From the IMG/VR virus record IMGVR_UViG_3300002835_000025: a stretch of 64,000 bases of DNA. One strand, written 5' to 3'. The notes below the pieces were generated by a model. The model searched no databases. It was not told where the DNA came from and saw nothing but the letters and a program-made list of their open reading frames with translations. A program made the position numbers and the translations under genes. Each line of letters opens with the position of its first letter. Position 1 is the stretch's first letter. Source of the stretch: a virus. Below are positions 1 to 9,633 of this stretch, one piece after another.

Positions 1-21
1 TAATAACATTTTGAGAATATT

Positions 22-312
22 ATGACTACTAAATTCGAAACATATAACTACTTTGATGCTTCTGGAACAGAAGTTGTTGCATTAGAAATCCTAGAAGATA
101 AATTCAAAGGCTCTATCTTTTCATTTGGAAAAGTAGAATTTCCAGACCCTAACGAACCAATCCTTAATTTTGAATATACTCTTCATCAAGGATATATCTC
201 TGATGATAATAAGGAAGATTTCAAAAATTGCTTGGGTGATATATTAGTACAAATTTTAGAAGAATCTCTTAAAGACAAAACTACTGTTTTTAAAGGTGGC
301 ATTGATGAGTAA
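22..312 (+). CDS. gp40-like head vertex assembly chaperone
   Basis: Small acidic ORF directly upstream of gp41 (T4 synteny); F.FGKV.F...L.F.Y pattern. Confidence 0.55.
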   Translation: MTTKFETYNYFDASGTEVVALEILEDKFKGSIFSFGKVEFPDPNEPILNFEYTLHQGYISDDNKEDFKNCLGDILVQILEESLKDKTTVFKGGIDE

Positions 313-1672
313 GATAGAAACTACTATTTTATCTAATTTAATTCATAACGCTGAATATAGTCAAAAAGTTCTTCCATTTATTAAAAGAGAATATTTTAAA
401 GAAAGACCTGAAATTATTGTAACTGAAGAAATTCTGTCTTTTGTTGATCAGTTCAATAAGATGCCAACTCAGGAAATCCTGTCAATTCAAGCATCAAACC
501 GTCAGGATGTCAATGACCAAACTTTAGTAGAAGTTGAATACTTAATTAAGTCATTAGAGAATCAACCAACAAATGACGAATGGCTTATTGAAGAAACCGA
601 GAAATTTTGCAAAAACAGGGCAGTATTCAATGCAATCATTTCTTCAATGCAAATCATTGATGGCAAAGATAAAAAATATACTCAGGAAGCAATTCCAACC
701 TTATTATCAGAAGCTCTTAGTATTTGTTTTGATACTAATGTTGGCCATGATTTCTTCGAAGATTCTGACTCTAGATTTGAATATTATAGAAGAGTAGAAG
801 AAAAGATTCCGTTTGATATTGATATACTAAACAAAATTACTAATGGTGGTCTAGCAAGAAAATCTCTCAATATATTACTTGCGGGAACTGGTGTTGGGAA
901 ATCTTTGGTGATGTGCCATTTTGCTGCTGCAGCTCTAATGCAAAGTAAGAATGTGTTATACATTACTATGGAAATGGCAGAAGAAAGAATTGCTGAACGT
1001 ATTGATGCTAATCTTCTAAACCTAGGAATGTCAGAATTAAAGACTATAGAGCAGAATATTTTCTCTTCTCGTGTTAATAAGCTTAAACAGAAGTCTCATG
1101 GCACATTAATCATTAAAGAATATCCGACATCTACTGCTCATACCGGCCATTTTAGAGCATTGATTGAAGAATTAAAATCAAAGAAAAGTTTCTCTCCAGA
1201 TATAATCTTTGTTGATTACTTAAACATTTGTTCTTCACAACGAATGAAATACGGAGCAGGCGTAAACAGTTATTCTTATGTGAAAGCAATTGCTGAAGAA
1301 TTACGAGGATTAGCAGTAGAGTATAATGTTCCACTTGTTAGTGCTACTCAATCTAATAGAGAAGGTATCAATAGTTCAGATTTAGATTTGACAAATACTT
1401 CTGAAAGTATTGGTCTTCCTCAGACATGCGATTTGATGCTAGCATTAATTTCTACAGAAGAATTAACAAATCTTGGTCAAATAATGATTAAGCAATTAAA
1501 GAATCGGTATAATGATCCAAGTTATTACAGCAAATTCATGGTAGGAATAGACAGAAATAAAATGAGGATATTTGATGTTGAATCAGAAGCTCAAACTGGA
1601 ATTTCTAATCACACTCCATTTGTAGCAAGATCTAACAAACAAGAAAAAGATACCTCAGGATTTGTATTCTAA
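305..1672 (+). CDS. 41: DnaB-like replicative helicase gp41
   Basis: Walker A AGTGVGKS, YITMEMAEE, FVDYLNI, SATQSNR, QLKNRY; start moved to ATG 305. Confidence 0.97.
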   Translation: MSKIETTILSNLIHNAEYSQKVLPFIKREYFKERPEIIVTEEILSFVDQFNKMPTQEILSIQASNRQDVNDQTLVEVEYLIKSLENQPTNDEWLIEETEKFCKNRAVFNAIISSMQIIDGKDKKYTQEAIPTLLSEALSICFDTNVGHDFFEDSDSRFEYYRRVEEKIPFDIDILNKITNGGLARKSLNILLAGTGVGKSLVMCHFAAAALMQSKNVLYITMEMAEERIAERIDANLLNLGMSELKTIEQNIFSSRVNKLKQKSHGTLIIKEYPTSTAHTGHFRALIEELKSKKSFSPDIIFVDYLNICSSQRMKYGAGVNSYSYVKAIAEELRGLAVEYNVPLVSATQSNREGINSSDLDLTNTSESIGLPQTCDLMLALISTEELTNLGQIMIKQLKNRYNDPSYYSKFMVGIDRNKMRIFDVESEAQTGISNHTPFVARSNKQEKDTSGFVF

Positions 1673-1676
1673 AATT

Positions 1677-1684
1677 GATAAATA
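1677..1684 (+). promoter_or_regulatory. T4-type late promoter variant (GATAAATA)
   Basis: One mismatch to TATAAATA, upstream of ORF 1712. Confidence 0.5.
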
Positions 1685-1711
1685 ATTTATTATTGTCGAA
1701 ATGGAATCAAA

Positions 1712-2203
1712 ATGAAAACGTATAAAAATTTTATTGCAGAACAAGACCCATGTTGGAAAGGATATGAACAATATGGAATGAAAAAGAAAAATGGAAAAAA
1801 GGTCCCTAATTGTATTCCCGAAAGTTTAGAAGAACAGTTTGATTTAATTGAAGAAGTAATTGAAGAACTATCATTAGAACACGGAATCGATTCTGAAATC
1901 TTTTGGGAAAACTTTGAAGAATTTACTGATGAAGAACTACTAGAATATGCTATTGATGCAAAAGGTCATAAAAGTTCTACTGGCGGATTAACTCAAAAAG
2001 GAGTTGATGCCTATAATAGAAAAACCGGCGGTCATCTACAAACTGCTGTTACTACTCCACCTTCAAAACTGAAACCTGGAAGTAAGGCCGCAAAACGAAG
2101 AAAATCATTTTGTGCTCGCATGAGCGGAGTTGATGGACCTATGAAAGATAAAGACGGAAATCCAACTAGAAAAGCATTAGCCCTCAAAAAATGGAATTGT
2201 TAA
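1712..2203 (+). CDS. Putative internal head protein (capsid-targeting N-terminus)
   Basis: MKTYKNFIAE resembles the T4 IPII/III capsid-targeting sequence (CTS); DPCWKGY...VPNC and RRKSFCARM modules typical of T4-like phages. Confidence 0.65.
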   Translation: MKTYKNFIAEQDPCWKGYEQYGMKKKNGKKVPNCIPESLEEQFDLIEEVIEELSLEHGIDSEIFWENFEEFTDEELLEYAIDAKGHKSSTGGLTQKGVDAYNRKTGGHLQTAVTTPPSKLKPGSKAAKRRKSFCARMSGVDGPMKDKDGNPTRKALALKKWNC

Positions 2204-2225
2204 TATTATTTGGGTTCTAAAAATT

Positions 2226-2233
2226 TATAAATA
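2226..2233 (+). promoter_or_regulatory. T4 late promoter TATAAATA
   Basis: Exact consensus upstream of ORF 2262. Confidence 0.8.
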
Positions 2234-2261
2234 GATTATTACTGTTATAGATGGAACCCAA

Positions 2262-3956
2262 ATGAAAACATACCAATCATTATTTAATCCAAAGACTAAT
2301 AAGATAGATTTTAAAAAGGTTGATCTCATTGAGTCTTTGGATAATTCTCCATATTCAAAGCATTCTAATCCAAATATCGAATTTGAAAAAACCACTGAAT
2401 TAGATACTATTCGTGAGCAATACTTTCGCGGAGAAATCTTTAATGTGGGAGATATAGTTGAATCCAATGATACATATTTGGAAATACTTAGTAGAGGTAG
2501 CAATTACCTTACAGTTACAGATTCTGATGGTAATATACAACGCAAATGGCTTGTAGAAGTTAAGATGGTTGATGAAGAAACTAGTAATCTTTTAAAAGAA
2601 GATTTTGGTAATGTCACAACAAACCAAGTTACATATAAAGGATTTACTACTAAGAATTTTGATATAAGTAAAGAAGCAATCTTTGAATACACGAAATTAA
2701 CTCAAACACCGAACATTGATCCCGTAGCATTGCTTAATGCTATTAAGGCAACTGACCAAGCATTCGGTATTCAAAAAAGCATCGTATCGGGTTCATTATC
2801 TATAGATGATTTCCATACATTCCAAAGAGCTCAACAAGTAGCCGTGGATATTCTTAAAAGATTGGGTGTCTATCTTCATCACGAAGATTACTTAATGAAT
2901 TCATATCACAAAATGGAATTAGCAGTATCCGATTATGGAAGCCAAGATTCTTATTCAGCAGGAAAAATACAAGAAATGACATACTCAAGTTCAGACAAAC
3001 TAAAAATTGCCAAGATTGTTGCTGGTACTCTTGGTGTTGATTCTGATTCTTCATCACCAGAAGAACTTATCAATAAGGCACTCAAAACACTTTCAAAGAA
3101 TCCACTGAAATCTGATTCATTAAAGATTCTTAAAAATATGTTGAATACTGCCACTGAAGCAGGAATCATGTATGATAAGAAACTTATGCCGGCATTAGTA
3201 AAAGAAGATTCATCCAAATTAGTAAGCTCACAAAAAGTAAAAAGAGTTACTAATCCAGACCAAGTTCACCCAAACGATAGTGACGAAGATGACAATGGCG
3301 GTCCAGGAGATCAAGATTCCGATGATTCAAAAAATACTCAAAGTGATTTTGACGATGAAAGCAAAGGTTCTCATAGAGTTGGAAGTACTATAGAACCAAA
3401 TGGAGATAAAGACTCTTTACGCAGAATGAAAATCAAATATAAATTACATGAAGATTCTGAAGAAGATGATTCTGAAATGTCGGATGACGAATTGGATGAT
3501 ATGCTCAATTCCGTGTCTGATGAAGATATTCTAAGTACCTATGACGACGATGAACTTCATGTAGTTGACGATGAAGGAAACCATGTTGCTCATGTTAAAG
3601 ACCTTGATGGAATGAACGAATCATATCTTACTGAAGTATTATCAAGAATGGAACGCATCAAAGCTGCTATAAGATTCAAACAGTCTCAAGGTAAACGTAT
3701 GCGTAAGATGAAGATTGCTTTGCATACTCGTTCTAGTCCACAAAGAATTAATCATCGAGCGCGTAATGCCGCAATCAATGCACTTAAAGCAAAACTTGCA
3801 AGGAAACCTTTGAGTCAATTGACCGTCCAAGAAAAAGAACGTATTGAAAGAATCGTAGCTAAGAAAAAGAAACTAATCGATAAAGCAGCAATGAAGTTAG
3901 TGCCTAAAATTAGAAAAATTGAAAATGCTCGTCTTCATCCAATCAACAGAGACTAA
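2262..3956 (+). CDS. Large modular virion/prohead-core-like protein
   Basis: Late promoter; acidic linkers, repeated L.KE/LTE sites, basic C-terminal helical module. Confidence 0.55.
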   Translation: MKTYQSLFNPKTNKIDFKKVDLIESLDNSPYSKHSNPNIEFEKTTELDTIREQYFRGEIFNVGDIVESNDTYLEILSRGSNYLTVTDSDGNIQRKWLVEVKMVDEETSNLLKEDFGNVTTNQVTYKGFTTKNFDISKEAIFEYTKLTQTPNIDPVALLNAIKATDQAFGIQKSIVSGSLSIDDFHTFQRAQQVAVDILKRLGVYLHHEDYLMNSYHKMELAVSDYGSQDSYSAGKIQEMTYSSSDKLKIAKIVAGTLGVDSDSSSPEELINKALKTLSKNPLKSDSLKILKNMLNTATEAGIMYDKKLMPALVKEDSSKLVSSQKVKRVTNPDQVHPNDSDEDDNGGPGDQDSDDSKNTQSDFDDESKGSHRVGSTIEPNGDKDSLRRMKIKYKLHEDSEEDDSEMSDDELDDMLNSVSDEDILSTYDDDELHVVDDEGNHVAHVKDLDGMNESYLTEVLSRMERIKAAIRFKQSQGKRMRKMKIALHTRSSPQRINHRARNAAINALKAKLARKPLSQLTVQEKERIERIVAKKKKLIDKAAMKLVPKIRKIENARLHPINRD

Positions 3957-3959
3957 AAC

Positions 3960-4397
3960 ATGGATAAGTTAATTGCAACCTCAAGAATAGTATTTGCTAA
4001 CAACTTTGTGTTATACTTTAAAAGTGCTTCATATCATTGGAATGTAGAATCTTTCTATTTTCCACAATTCCACAATTTCTTTGGTGATTTCTATGCTGCC
4101 ACTTATGGTGCTATAGATACATTAGCTGAATTCATTAGAACTTTTGATGCTTATGCTCCTATTAGTTTGACTGAATTGACTAGATACAAAACAATCAATG
4201 AAGATATGGTTAAACCAGATAATGTGAATGCTATGTTGGTTAATCTATATGAAGCTAATGTGTTGATGATTGAATCGTTGGAATCTGCATTTCAAGTATC
4301 ACAAGAAGTAAATGAACAAGGTTATGCTAATTTCTTAGCAGACCGTTTAACAGCACATAAAAAGCATCAGTGGATGCTTAAATCAATTTTAAAATAA
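3960..4397 (+). CDS. dps: Dps/ferritin-like protein
   Basis: YHWNV...FHNFF, IDTLAEFIR, HKKHQWML. Confidence 0.85.
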   Translation: MDKLIATSRIVFANNFVLYFKSASYHWNVESFYFPQFHNFFGDFYAATYGAIDTLAEFIRTFDAYAPISLTELTRYKTINEDMVKPDNVNAMLVNLYEANVLMIESLESAFQVSQEVNEQGYANFLADRLTAHKKHQWMLKSILK

Positions 4398-4407
4398 GGA
4401 GAACTAA

Positions 4408-5271
4408 ATGTACACATCAGAATTAGAAGCATTACAATCAATCCAAGAAACTTATATTACTATGAATGAGTTATCAACAGCAACTCTTAAAAGTTATAAA
4501 GATAAAGTACACAACACTTCGGGCAATGATGATAGAAAGGCAGGAAGTGATATGGCTTTCTCTAAAATGGTTTCGCATGGGGATCCTAAAGTCCAATCTT
4601 CAGAAATTATTAGTAAAGCAAAATCTGAAATAAAAGGATTGATAGATCCTAAACATCACTCGAAATATCCTATAGATAAAATTACAGGCAATGAAAGCGC
4701 ACGTAAAATTTATAAGCAAGCACACAGTGCTGGGCACTTAAAAGAAGATGTAATGGATGAATCAACTCATGATCTAAGTAATGTCAAGACTGATACCTTG
4801 ACAAGTCTTCACGCATTACATGCAAAAGAACCTAAAGGTACTCGTAGTTATGACCAAAGACAAAGAGTTGCAGCGGAACTCAAGAAACGTGGCATTAAAG
4901 TACAAGAAGATGTAATGGACGAAAAATTTGCTCATCCTAATCATAAGAAATTGGATGCTAATGATAACGGTAAAGTAGATGCTCAAGATTTTGCATTGCT
5001 TCGTAAAAAGAAAGGAATGAAAAACTTTAAAGAGTTTAAAGAATCATTAGAACAACTTGATGAATTGTCAAAGAAAACTTTAGGTTCTTATGTCAAGAAA
5101 GCTAGTGCAGAATCAAATTTTGCTTCTAAAGTTGCAGGCAGTGCTAGTGCTGGAGAATATTCTAAAGATGCAATTGCCAAAGAAAAAGAACATTTAGCAC
5201 TTGCTAAAAAACGTAGAACTGGCATTAATAAAGCAGTTGATAAATTGACTAAAGAAGATCTTGAAGATTGA
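4408..5271 (+). CDS. Modular internal head protein-like
   Basis: ELS..TL.SY..K twice, EDVMDE twice, EF-hand-like DANDNGKVDAQDF. Confidence 0.55.
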   Translation: MYTSELEALQSIQETYITMNELSTATLKSYKDKVHNTSGNDDRKAGSDMAFSKMVSHGDPKVQSSEIISKAKSEIKGLIDPKHHSKYPIDKITGNESARKIYKQAHSAGHLKEDVMDESTHDLSNVKTDTLTSLHALHAKEPKGTRSYDQRQRVAAELKKRGIKVQEDVMDEKFAHPNHKKLDANDNGKVDAQDFALLRKKKGMKNFKEFKESLEQLDELSKKTLGSYVKKASAESNFASKVAGSASAGEYSKDAIAKEKEHLALAKKRRTGINKAVDKLTKEDLED

Positions 5272-5272
5272 T

Positions 5273-5458
5273 ATGATTACCTTCAAAGAATTCATTACTG
5301 AAGAAATGAAACTTGTCAACGGGAAACTTGCCATGACTTCTAAGAAGACCGGCAAGGTTCTTGCCTATTATAAAGGTCAACACAAGCATACTGACAGATG
5401 GTTTACTTCTCAGAATAAAAAAGAAGAATACGTTCCACCAATTACGGTTGAAAAGTAA
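5273..5458 (+). CDS. Small internal-protein-like, paralog of next ORF
   Basis: MITFKEFITEE CTS; SKKTGKVLAYYKG. Confidence 0.65.
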   Translation: MITFKEFITEEMKLVNGKLAMTSKKTGKVLAYYKGQHKHTDRWFTSQNKKEEYVPPITVEK

Positions 5459-5640
5459 TGATTACCTTCAAAGAATATCTTGAAGAAGTATTGAAACAAG
5501 TAGACGGCAAGTGGGCAATTGTTTCTAAGAAATCCGGTAAACCTCTCGCATATTATAAAGGTGAGGGGAAACCTTCCGAAGAATGGTTCAATAAGCAAGA
5601 AAAGCGTATTGGATACTTCAAACATTTAAACAAAGGGTAA
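5458..5640 (+). CDS. Small internal-protein-like, paralog of previous ORF
   Basis: MITFKEYLEE CTS; SKKSGKPLAYYKG. Confidence 0.65.
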   Translation: MITFKEYLEEVLKQVDGKWAIVSKKSGKPLAYYKGEGKPSEEWFNKQEKRIGYFKHLNKG

Positions 5641-5644
5641 TCAA

Positions 5645-6385
5645 ATGGCAGAATTTGGTGATTTCCTAAAATTGATGTCTGATGCCAAATTGGCAAAGAT
5701 ACAAGAGCAATCTGAAAAAGAAAATAGATTGACTGAAATATCAGAACGGGTAAAGGAATCAAATCCATTCAAGTTTCATACGCTTGAAGAAGTTTATATT
5801 GAACCAGAACCTATTATGGAGGAATTACCAGAATCTGTTTTAACCCCAGAACTAACTAAATTATTCAACGAACAATCTTATCAACAACCAGAAGTCGGTC
5901 CTGTTGATAATGATGTTAGACAAATTAGAGATAAGTTAAAATTCATAGAGCAATGGATGGGTAAGATTTCTCTTGCTGGTCCTGGTGGTGGTGAAGTGAA
6001 TCTTCGTTATCTTGATGACATTGTAAGAAGTTCAATCTATGATGGTAGATATCTGAGATACAATGCAACCTTAAAGAAATTTGAGTTTGCTGAAGTTAAT
6101 CCTCATGATATAGTTTATACTACCAACAATGTAACGACTTCTACATATACTATCTCATCTGATGATTATTATGTTGGTGTTACCTATAACGGACCAACTA
6201 CTATTACTTTACCTAGCAATCCAAGTTCTGGTCGAATGTTGATAATCAAAGATGAATCCGGTAATGCTTCAGTTAATCCAATAACTGTTTTAGGAACTGT
6301 TGATAATGATCCAACCGGTTTCATTATTCAATTAGACAATGGTGCAATTCAATTACTTTATAGAAATGGCTGGAGAATAGTGTGA
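5645..6385 (+). CDS. Putative structural protein
   Basis: GGGEVNLRYLDD motif; beta-rich C-terminus (TITLP...IIKDESG). Confidence 0.5.
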   Translation: MAEFGDFLKLMSDAKLAKIQEQSEKENRLTEISERVKESNPFKFHTLEEVYIEPEPIMEELPESVLTPELTKLFNEQSYQQPEVGPVDNDVRQIRDKLKFIEQWMGKISLAGPGGGEVNLRYLDDIVRSSIYDGRYLRYNATLKKFEFAEVNPHDIVYTTNNVTTSTYTISSDDYYVGVTYNGPTTITLPSNPSSGRMLIIKDESGNASVNPITVLGTVDNDPTGFIIQLDNGAIQLLYRNGWRIV

Positions 6386-6999
6386 GTTACCTTTTTACAA
6401 ACAATCAAGAAATTAAAAATGATGTTGGAAATCCTATACCAGTATCGGGCACAGTAACAGCAAATGTTGGTAATATTATAACAGTTGTTACTTCTGAAGA
6501 AGCTGGTGAGTTGTATGCATTTAATAATCATGCTACGAATACTAATCGTGGCTGGACTATGGATAATACTATGAGACCATTGATTAGTTTTCAAAATGGT
6601 AGTGCTAATTCTGCTGATATAATTAAAATTATGGAATACGAAATTGGTAATAATAATGCTAATCAATCTACTATTATCTATGAGTGGTATGAAGGTCCGT
6701 TGAATATTGCTGGTACAACTGTACCAGCTTGGACTACATTTGGAATCCATAGTCAATACCGAGTGTATCAGGATGTTTATTCTAGTAACCAAGGTAATAC
6801 ATTTACTGTACCAAATGGAAATGGAACCTATATGAGACACAGTGGAGTTATTATTGGAAAGAATACTTCAGGTGATGAAGGTCCAGCAAGCATGCATGGT
6901 GGAGGAAGTCCAAATATGTTAACACTTTGCATTAGACGGGTTGATAATGCCACTAAATTAGATGTTTGGTTTGCATTTACAGTTAAAGAACTAACTTAA
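6382..6999 (+). CDS. Putative structural protein
   Basis: GTGA overlap; beta-rich, N/G/T-rich. Confidence 0.45.
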   Translation: MSYLFTNNQEIKNDVGNPIPVSGTVTANVGNIITVVTSEEAGELYAFNNHATNTNRGWTMDNTMRPLISFQNGSANSADIIKIMEYEIGNNNANQSTIIYEWYEGPLNIAGTTVPAWTTFGIHSQYRVYQDVYSSNQGNTFTVPNGNGTYMRHSGVIIGKNTSGDEGPASMHGGGSPNMLTLCIRRVDNATKLDVWFAFTVKELT

Positions 7000-7040
7000 T
7001 ATATTAAATAAATATATCTACAATCAATAAGGAGATAACA

Positions 7041-7625
7041 ATGAGTTTATGGGGAAAAACGGACGCTGATGCTAGCGTCCCAAAATATTTAAACGAAGAA
7101 CAACGTGCAAAAGCAATCTTCATTGATAATACTGAAGCCGCTGATGCAGATACAAAAGCAAAAGGTATTACTGGTCCAGGTTGGTGGTTGTATGAACAGT
7201 ATAAAAATGCGGCTGGAGCAATCCGTCACAAAGCAGAATGCTTGATTCCAATGACCGTTACTGCAGTTGCTGCTGGCGACCGTACTAATGATGCTGGTAT
7301 CGACACTGCGGGAACTTATGATATTACTTTAACAACTAAACCAGTTGCACGTTCTGTAACAGCTCCCGCTGCTACTACATTTGCAGTTGTTGCTGCAATC
7401 AGTTCTGGTGGTGGTGCATTGTCTTATCAGTGGCAAAGATCAACAGTTGCTAATGGCAACACTTATGCTAACGTGACTGATGCTGGTGTTTATACTGGTG
7501 CTACTACTGCTACATTAGCAATCAGTGCAACAACTGGTCTAAACGGATTCAAATATCGTGTTATTGTTTCGGCTACTAATGCTGTAAGTGAAACATCACC
7601 CGCAGTCAAACTTACTGTAGCATAA
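7041..7625 (+). CDS. Ig-like domain virion protein
   Basis: MSLWG N-terminus; LSYQWQ...TL.I...NGFKYRVIVS Ig fold; AATAAATA at 7007 and AAGGAG RBS. Confidence 0.7.
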   Translation: MSLWGKTDADASVPKYLNEEQRAKAIFIDNTEAADADTKAKGITGPGWWLYEQYKNAAGAIRHKAECLIPMTVTAVAAGDRTNDAGIDTAGTYDITLTTKPVARSVTAPAATTFAVVAAISSGGGALSYQWQRSTVANGNTYANVTDAGVYTGATTATLAISATTGLNGFKYRVIVSATNAVSETSPAVKLTVA

Positions 7626-7626
7626 G

Positions 7627-7974
7627 ATGAAATTAAGCACTGAGAATTTTATACAATTTGCAATGAATTGCTATGAAAACCCTCAGTGCTTTTCCATTAG
7701 AGAATTCGAATCAGACCTATGTAGATTCGATTATATAAATAAATTATTCAAGCGGTACGTTGAACAAGATACACTGAGAGAACGATTGATTCTGAATCAT
7801 ATAATTGTTCTCTACAATGTATTTGGTGATAATGCTACCAAAATGTTACTTTTTAAAATAGATGATAGTTATGGTGATATGTTATTGCCATTCTTATTGT
7901 ATCTTAACAGAATACCAGAACAAGATTTAGGTCATCTGGATCCAACTATAATATCTGTACTTCGGAAACTATAA
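7627..7974 (+). CDS. Conserved T4-like hypothetical protein
   Basis: YENPQC...LRERLILNHIIVLYNVFG. Confidence 0.7.
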   Translation: MKLSTENFIQFAMNCYENPQCFSIREFESDLCRFDYINKLFKRYVEQDTLRERLILNHIIVLYNVFGDNATKMLLFKIDDSYGDMLLPFLLYLNRIPEQDLGHLDPTIISVLRKL

Positions 7975-8480
7975 TGAGAATTATCGACAATCTCCTAGCC
8001 TATAGAATACTTTCAATGTTAGTAACTCCATTTGAAGAATCAGATGCATTCAAGTTGGGTATTATAGATGCTAAGGGTAAAATCCTCAAAAAGCAAAATC
8101 AACTCACTACTCCAGAAGAAAAGGATGCTTACACGTATCTTCAACGTCTAGTATTCAATCTTAAAAGATTACTCAATAAGTTACCAGGTGGAGACAAATA
8201 CACCAAGAATCTTATTGCTGCTTATTTCCTAATCAAAGAATCATACCAACATAATGACGATTCAAATTTAGAATCAAGATTTACTACATTACTTGAAACC
8301 ATTGACCAAAAGAATATCATATTGGTTGAAGAAGAAATCCTCGTTAAGAAATTCCTCGATGAAGAAGGTGGAGTACTTCCTGCTAATAATACTTCAGGTG
8401 TTGCTAATCCCGAATTCAAATTAGGCCAAAAGAAAGTCATTAAGAGAAAAGCTAATGTTCCTACTGAATCTAATTCCTGA
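7974..8480 (+). CDS. Conserved T4-like hypothetical protein
   Basis: LVTPFE..DAFKLGIID..G...RLVFNLKRLL. Confidence 0.7.
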   Translation: MRIIDNLLAYRILSMLVTPFEESDAFKLGIIDAKGKILKKQNQLTTPEEKDAYTYLQRLVFNLKRLLNKLPGGDKYTKNLIAAYFLIKESYQHNDDSNLESRFTTLLETIDQKNIILVEEEILVKKFLDEEGGVLPANNTSGVANPEFKLGQKKVIKRKANVPTESNS

Positions 8481-9036
8481 GTGGTTAACCTACCTTCTTA
8501 GTGGCATCTCATTCTTAGGACTTGTTCTAGGTGTATTGATACCAATTCCTGCTCATTACAAGATGGCTCTGTATTCTGGGTTAGGCATGTTACTATGCCT
8601 GAATTCATTTGCTATAGGAGTTTCGGTAAACGAAGCAAACTGGCAAGTAAAAGTTAAAGATATGCAAATCCAGATTGCACAACTAGAAACCAAAACTGCT
8701 GAAGTGACGACAAAAGTTGTTACTGAATATATAGAAAAAGTCAAAATAGTGGAAGGCAAAACTCATGTTATCATTAAGAAAGTTCCTGAATATATTACCA
8801 AAGAATCTGATGCTAAGTGTAGTATCAATACTGGTGCTATCGAGTTGCTCAACGCTGCCGCAGAAAACAAAGTTCCCGAATCCTCCAGAACTTCTTATGA
8901 AGGACCCTCCGATGTTAAACTCTCTACCCTTGTTGAATCCGTCAGTGGAAACTACGGTACGTACTATCAAGTAGTAGAACAACTTAAATCACTCCAAGAT
9001 TGGATTAGAAAACAAAAGGATTTGAACAATGAGTGA
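8455..9036 (+). CDS. Rz-like inner-membrane spanin
   Basis: N-terminal TM helices, coiled coil, single periplasmic Cys, C-terminal QLKSLQDWIRKQ. Confidence 0.75.
   Translation: MFLLNLIPEWLTYLLSGISFLGLVLGVLIPIPAHYKMALYSGLGMLLCLNSFAIGVSVNEANWQVKVKDMQIQIAQLETKTAEVTTKVVTEYIEKVKIVEGKTHVIIKKVPEYITKESDAKCSINTGAIELLNAAAENKVPESSRTSYEGPSDVKLSTLVESVSGNYGTYYQVVEQLKSLQDWIRKQKDLNNE
8810..8974 (+). CDS. Rz1-like outer-membrane lipoprotein spanin, embedded in +1 frame
   Basis: Signal MLSVVSILVLSS-C lipobox, Pro-rich mature part; alternative start 8765. Confidence 0.7.
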   Translation: MLSVVSILVLSSCSTLPQKTKFPNPPELLMKDPPMLNSLPLLNPSVETTVRTIK

Positions 9037-9466
9037 CCATAATTCACCATGTAATGACCTTAATAAACTTGTAACTGAAGTAGCTGTTCTGCAGAATGTA
9101 GTTTACAAGATAGATAATACAGTTGCAGAAATTGCTAAAGCATCGTCAGAAGTATCAAGATTATTAATAGTACACGACAACAGACTAAACAATCTTGAGA
9201 ATAATAATAAAGAAACTACAACTGATGTCAAGGATCTATACAAGAAAATGGAAGAAACTACTAAAGAGATTGTGGATAAGTTAGATGATATGGAATTTCG
9301 TATTGAATCTAAACTTAAAGAACATGAAGAAAAATCAGATGAATATAGAGAAGATATTTCTGAAAGGTTGAATGCATTAGAAACTTGGAAGTGGTTAGTA
9401 GTTGGTGGCAGTATAGTAATTGGATACCTTATTGACCATTCAGATATATTGAAACTATTCAAATAA
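9029..9466 (+). CDS. Coiled-coil protein with C-terminal TM
   Basis: Heptads then RLNALETWKWLVVGGSIVIGYL. Confidence 0.65.
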   Translation: MSDHNSPCNDLNKLVTEVAVLQNVVYKIDNTVAEIAKASSEVSRLLIVHDNRLNNLENNNKETTTDVKDLYKKMEETTKEIVDKLDDMEFRIESKLKEHEEKSDEYREDISERLNALETWKWLVVGGSIVIGYLIDHSDILKLFK

Positions 9467-9471
9467 TAATA

Positions 9472-9532
9472 AATTAGTATTGATAAGACCAGTTAATTTA
9501 TTATACATCAAACCCAGTCAAAAGTAAACATT
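9472..9532 (-). repeat. 61-bp promoter-containing element, inverted copy of 57995-58055
   Basis: 52/61 identity by manual alignment; GTTTAC-17-TATAAT on minus strand. Confidence 0.85.
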
Positions 9533-9604
9533 ATTCCCTAAAATAATTCAACAGTTATCACTTTATAGGTGATGCTGTGTCACGAGTAAAATTTGCTAAA
9601 TAGT

Positions 9605-9633
9605 GTGTACAAATATCAAAAATATGATATAAT
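9605..9633 (+). promoter_or_regulatory. Early promoter of glycosylation operon
   Basis: GTGTAC-17 nt-TATAAT. Confidence 0.75.

Noticed and set aside
8880-9036. Frameshift joining Rz1 to the Rz C-terminus
   Set aside because: The Rz C-terminus resembles full-length Rz-type proteins, and embedding explains both frames.
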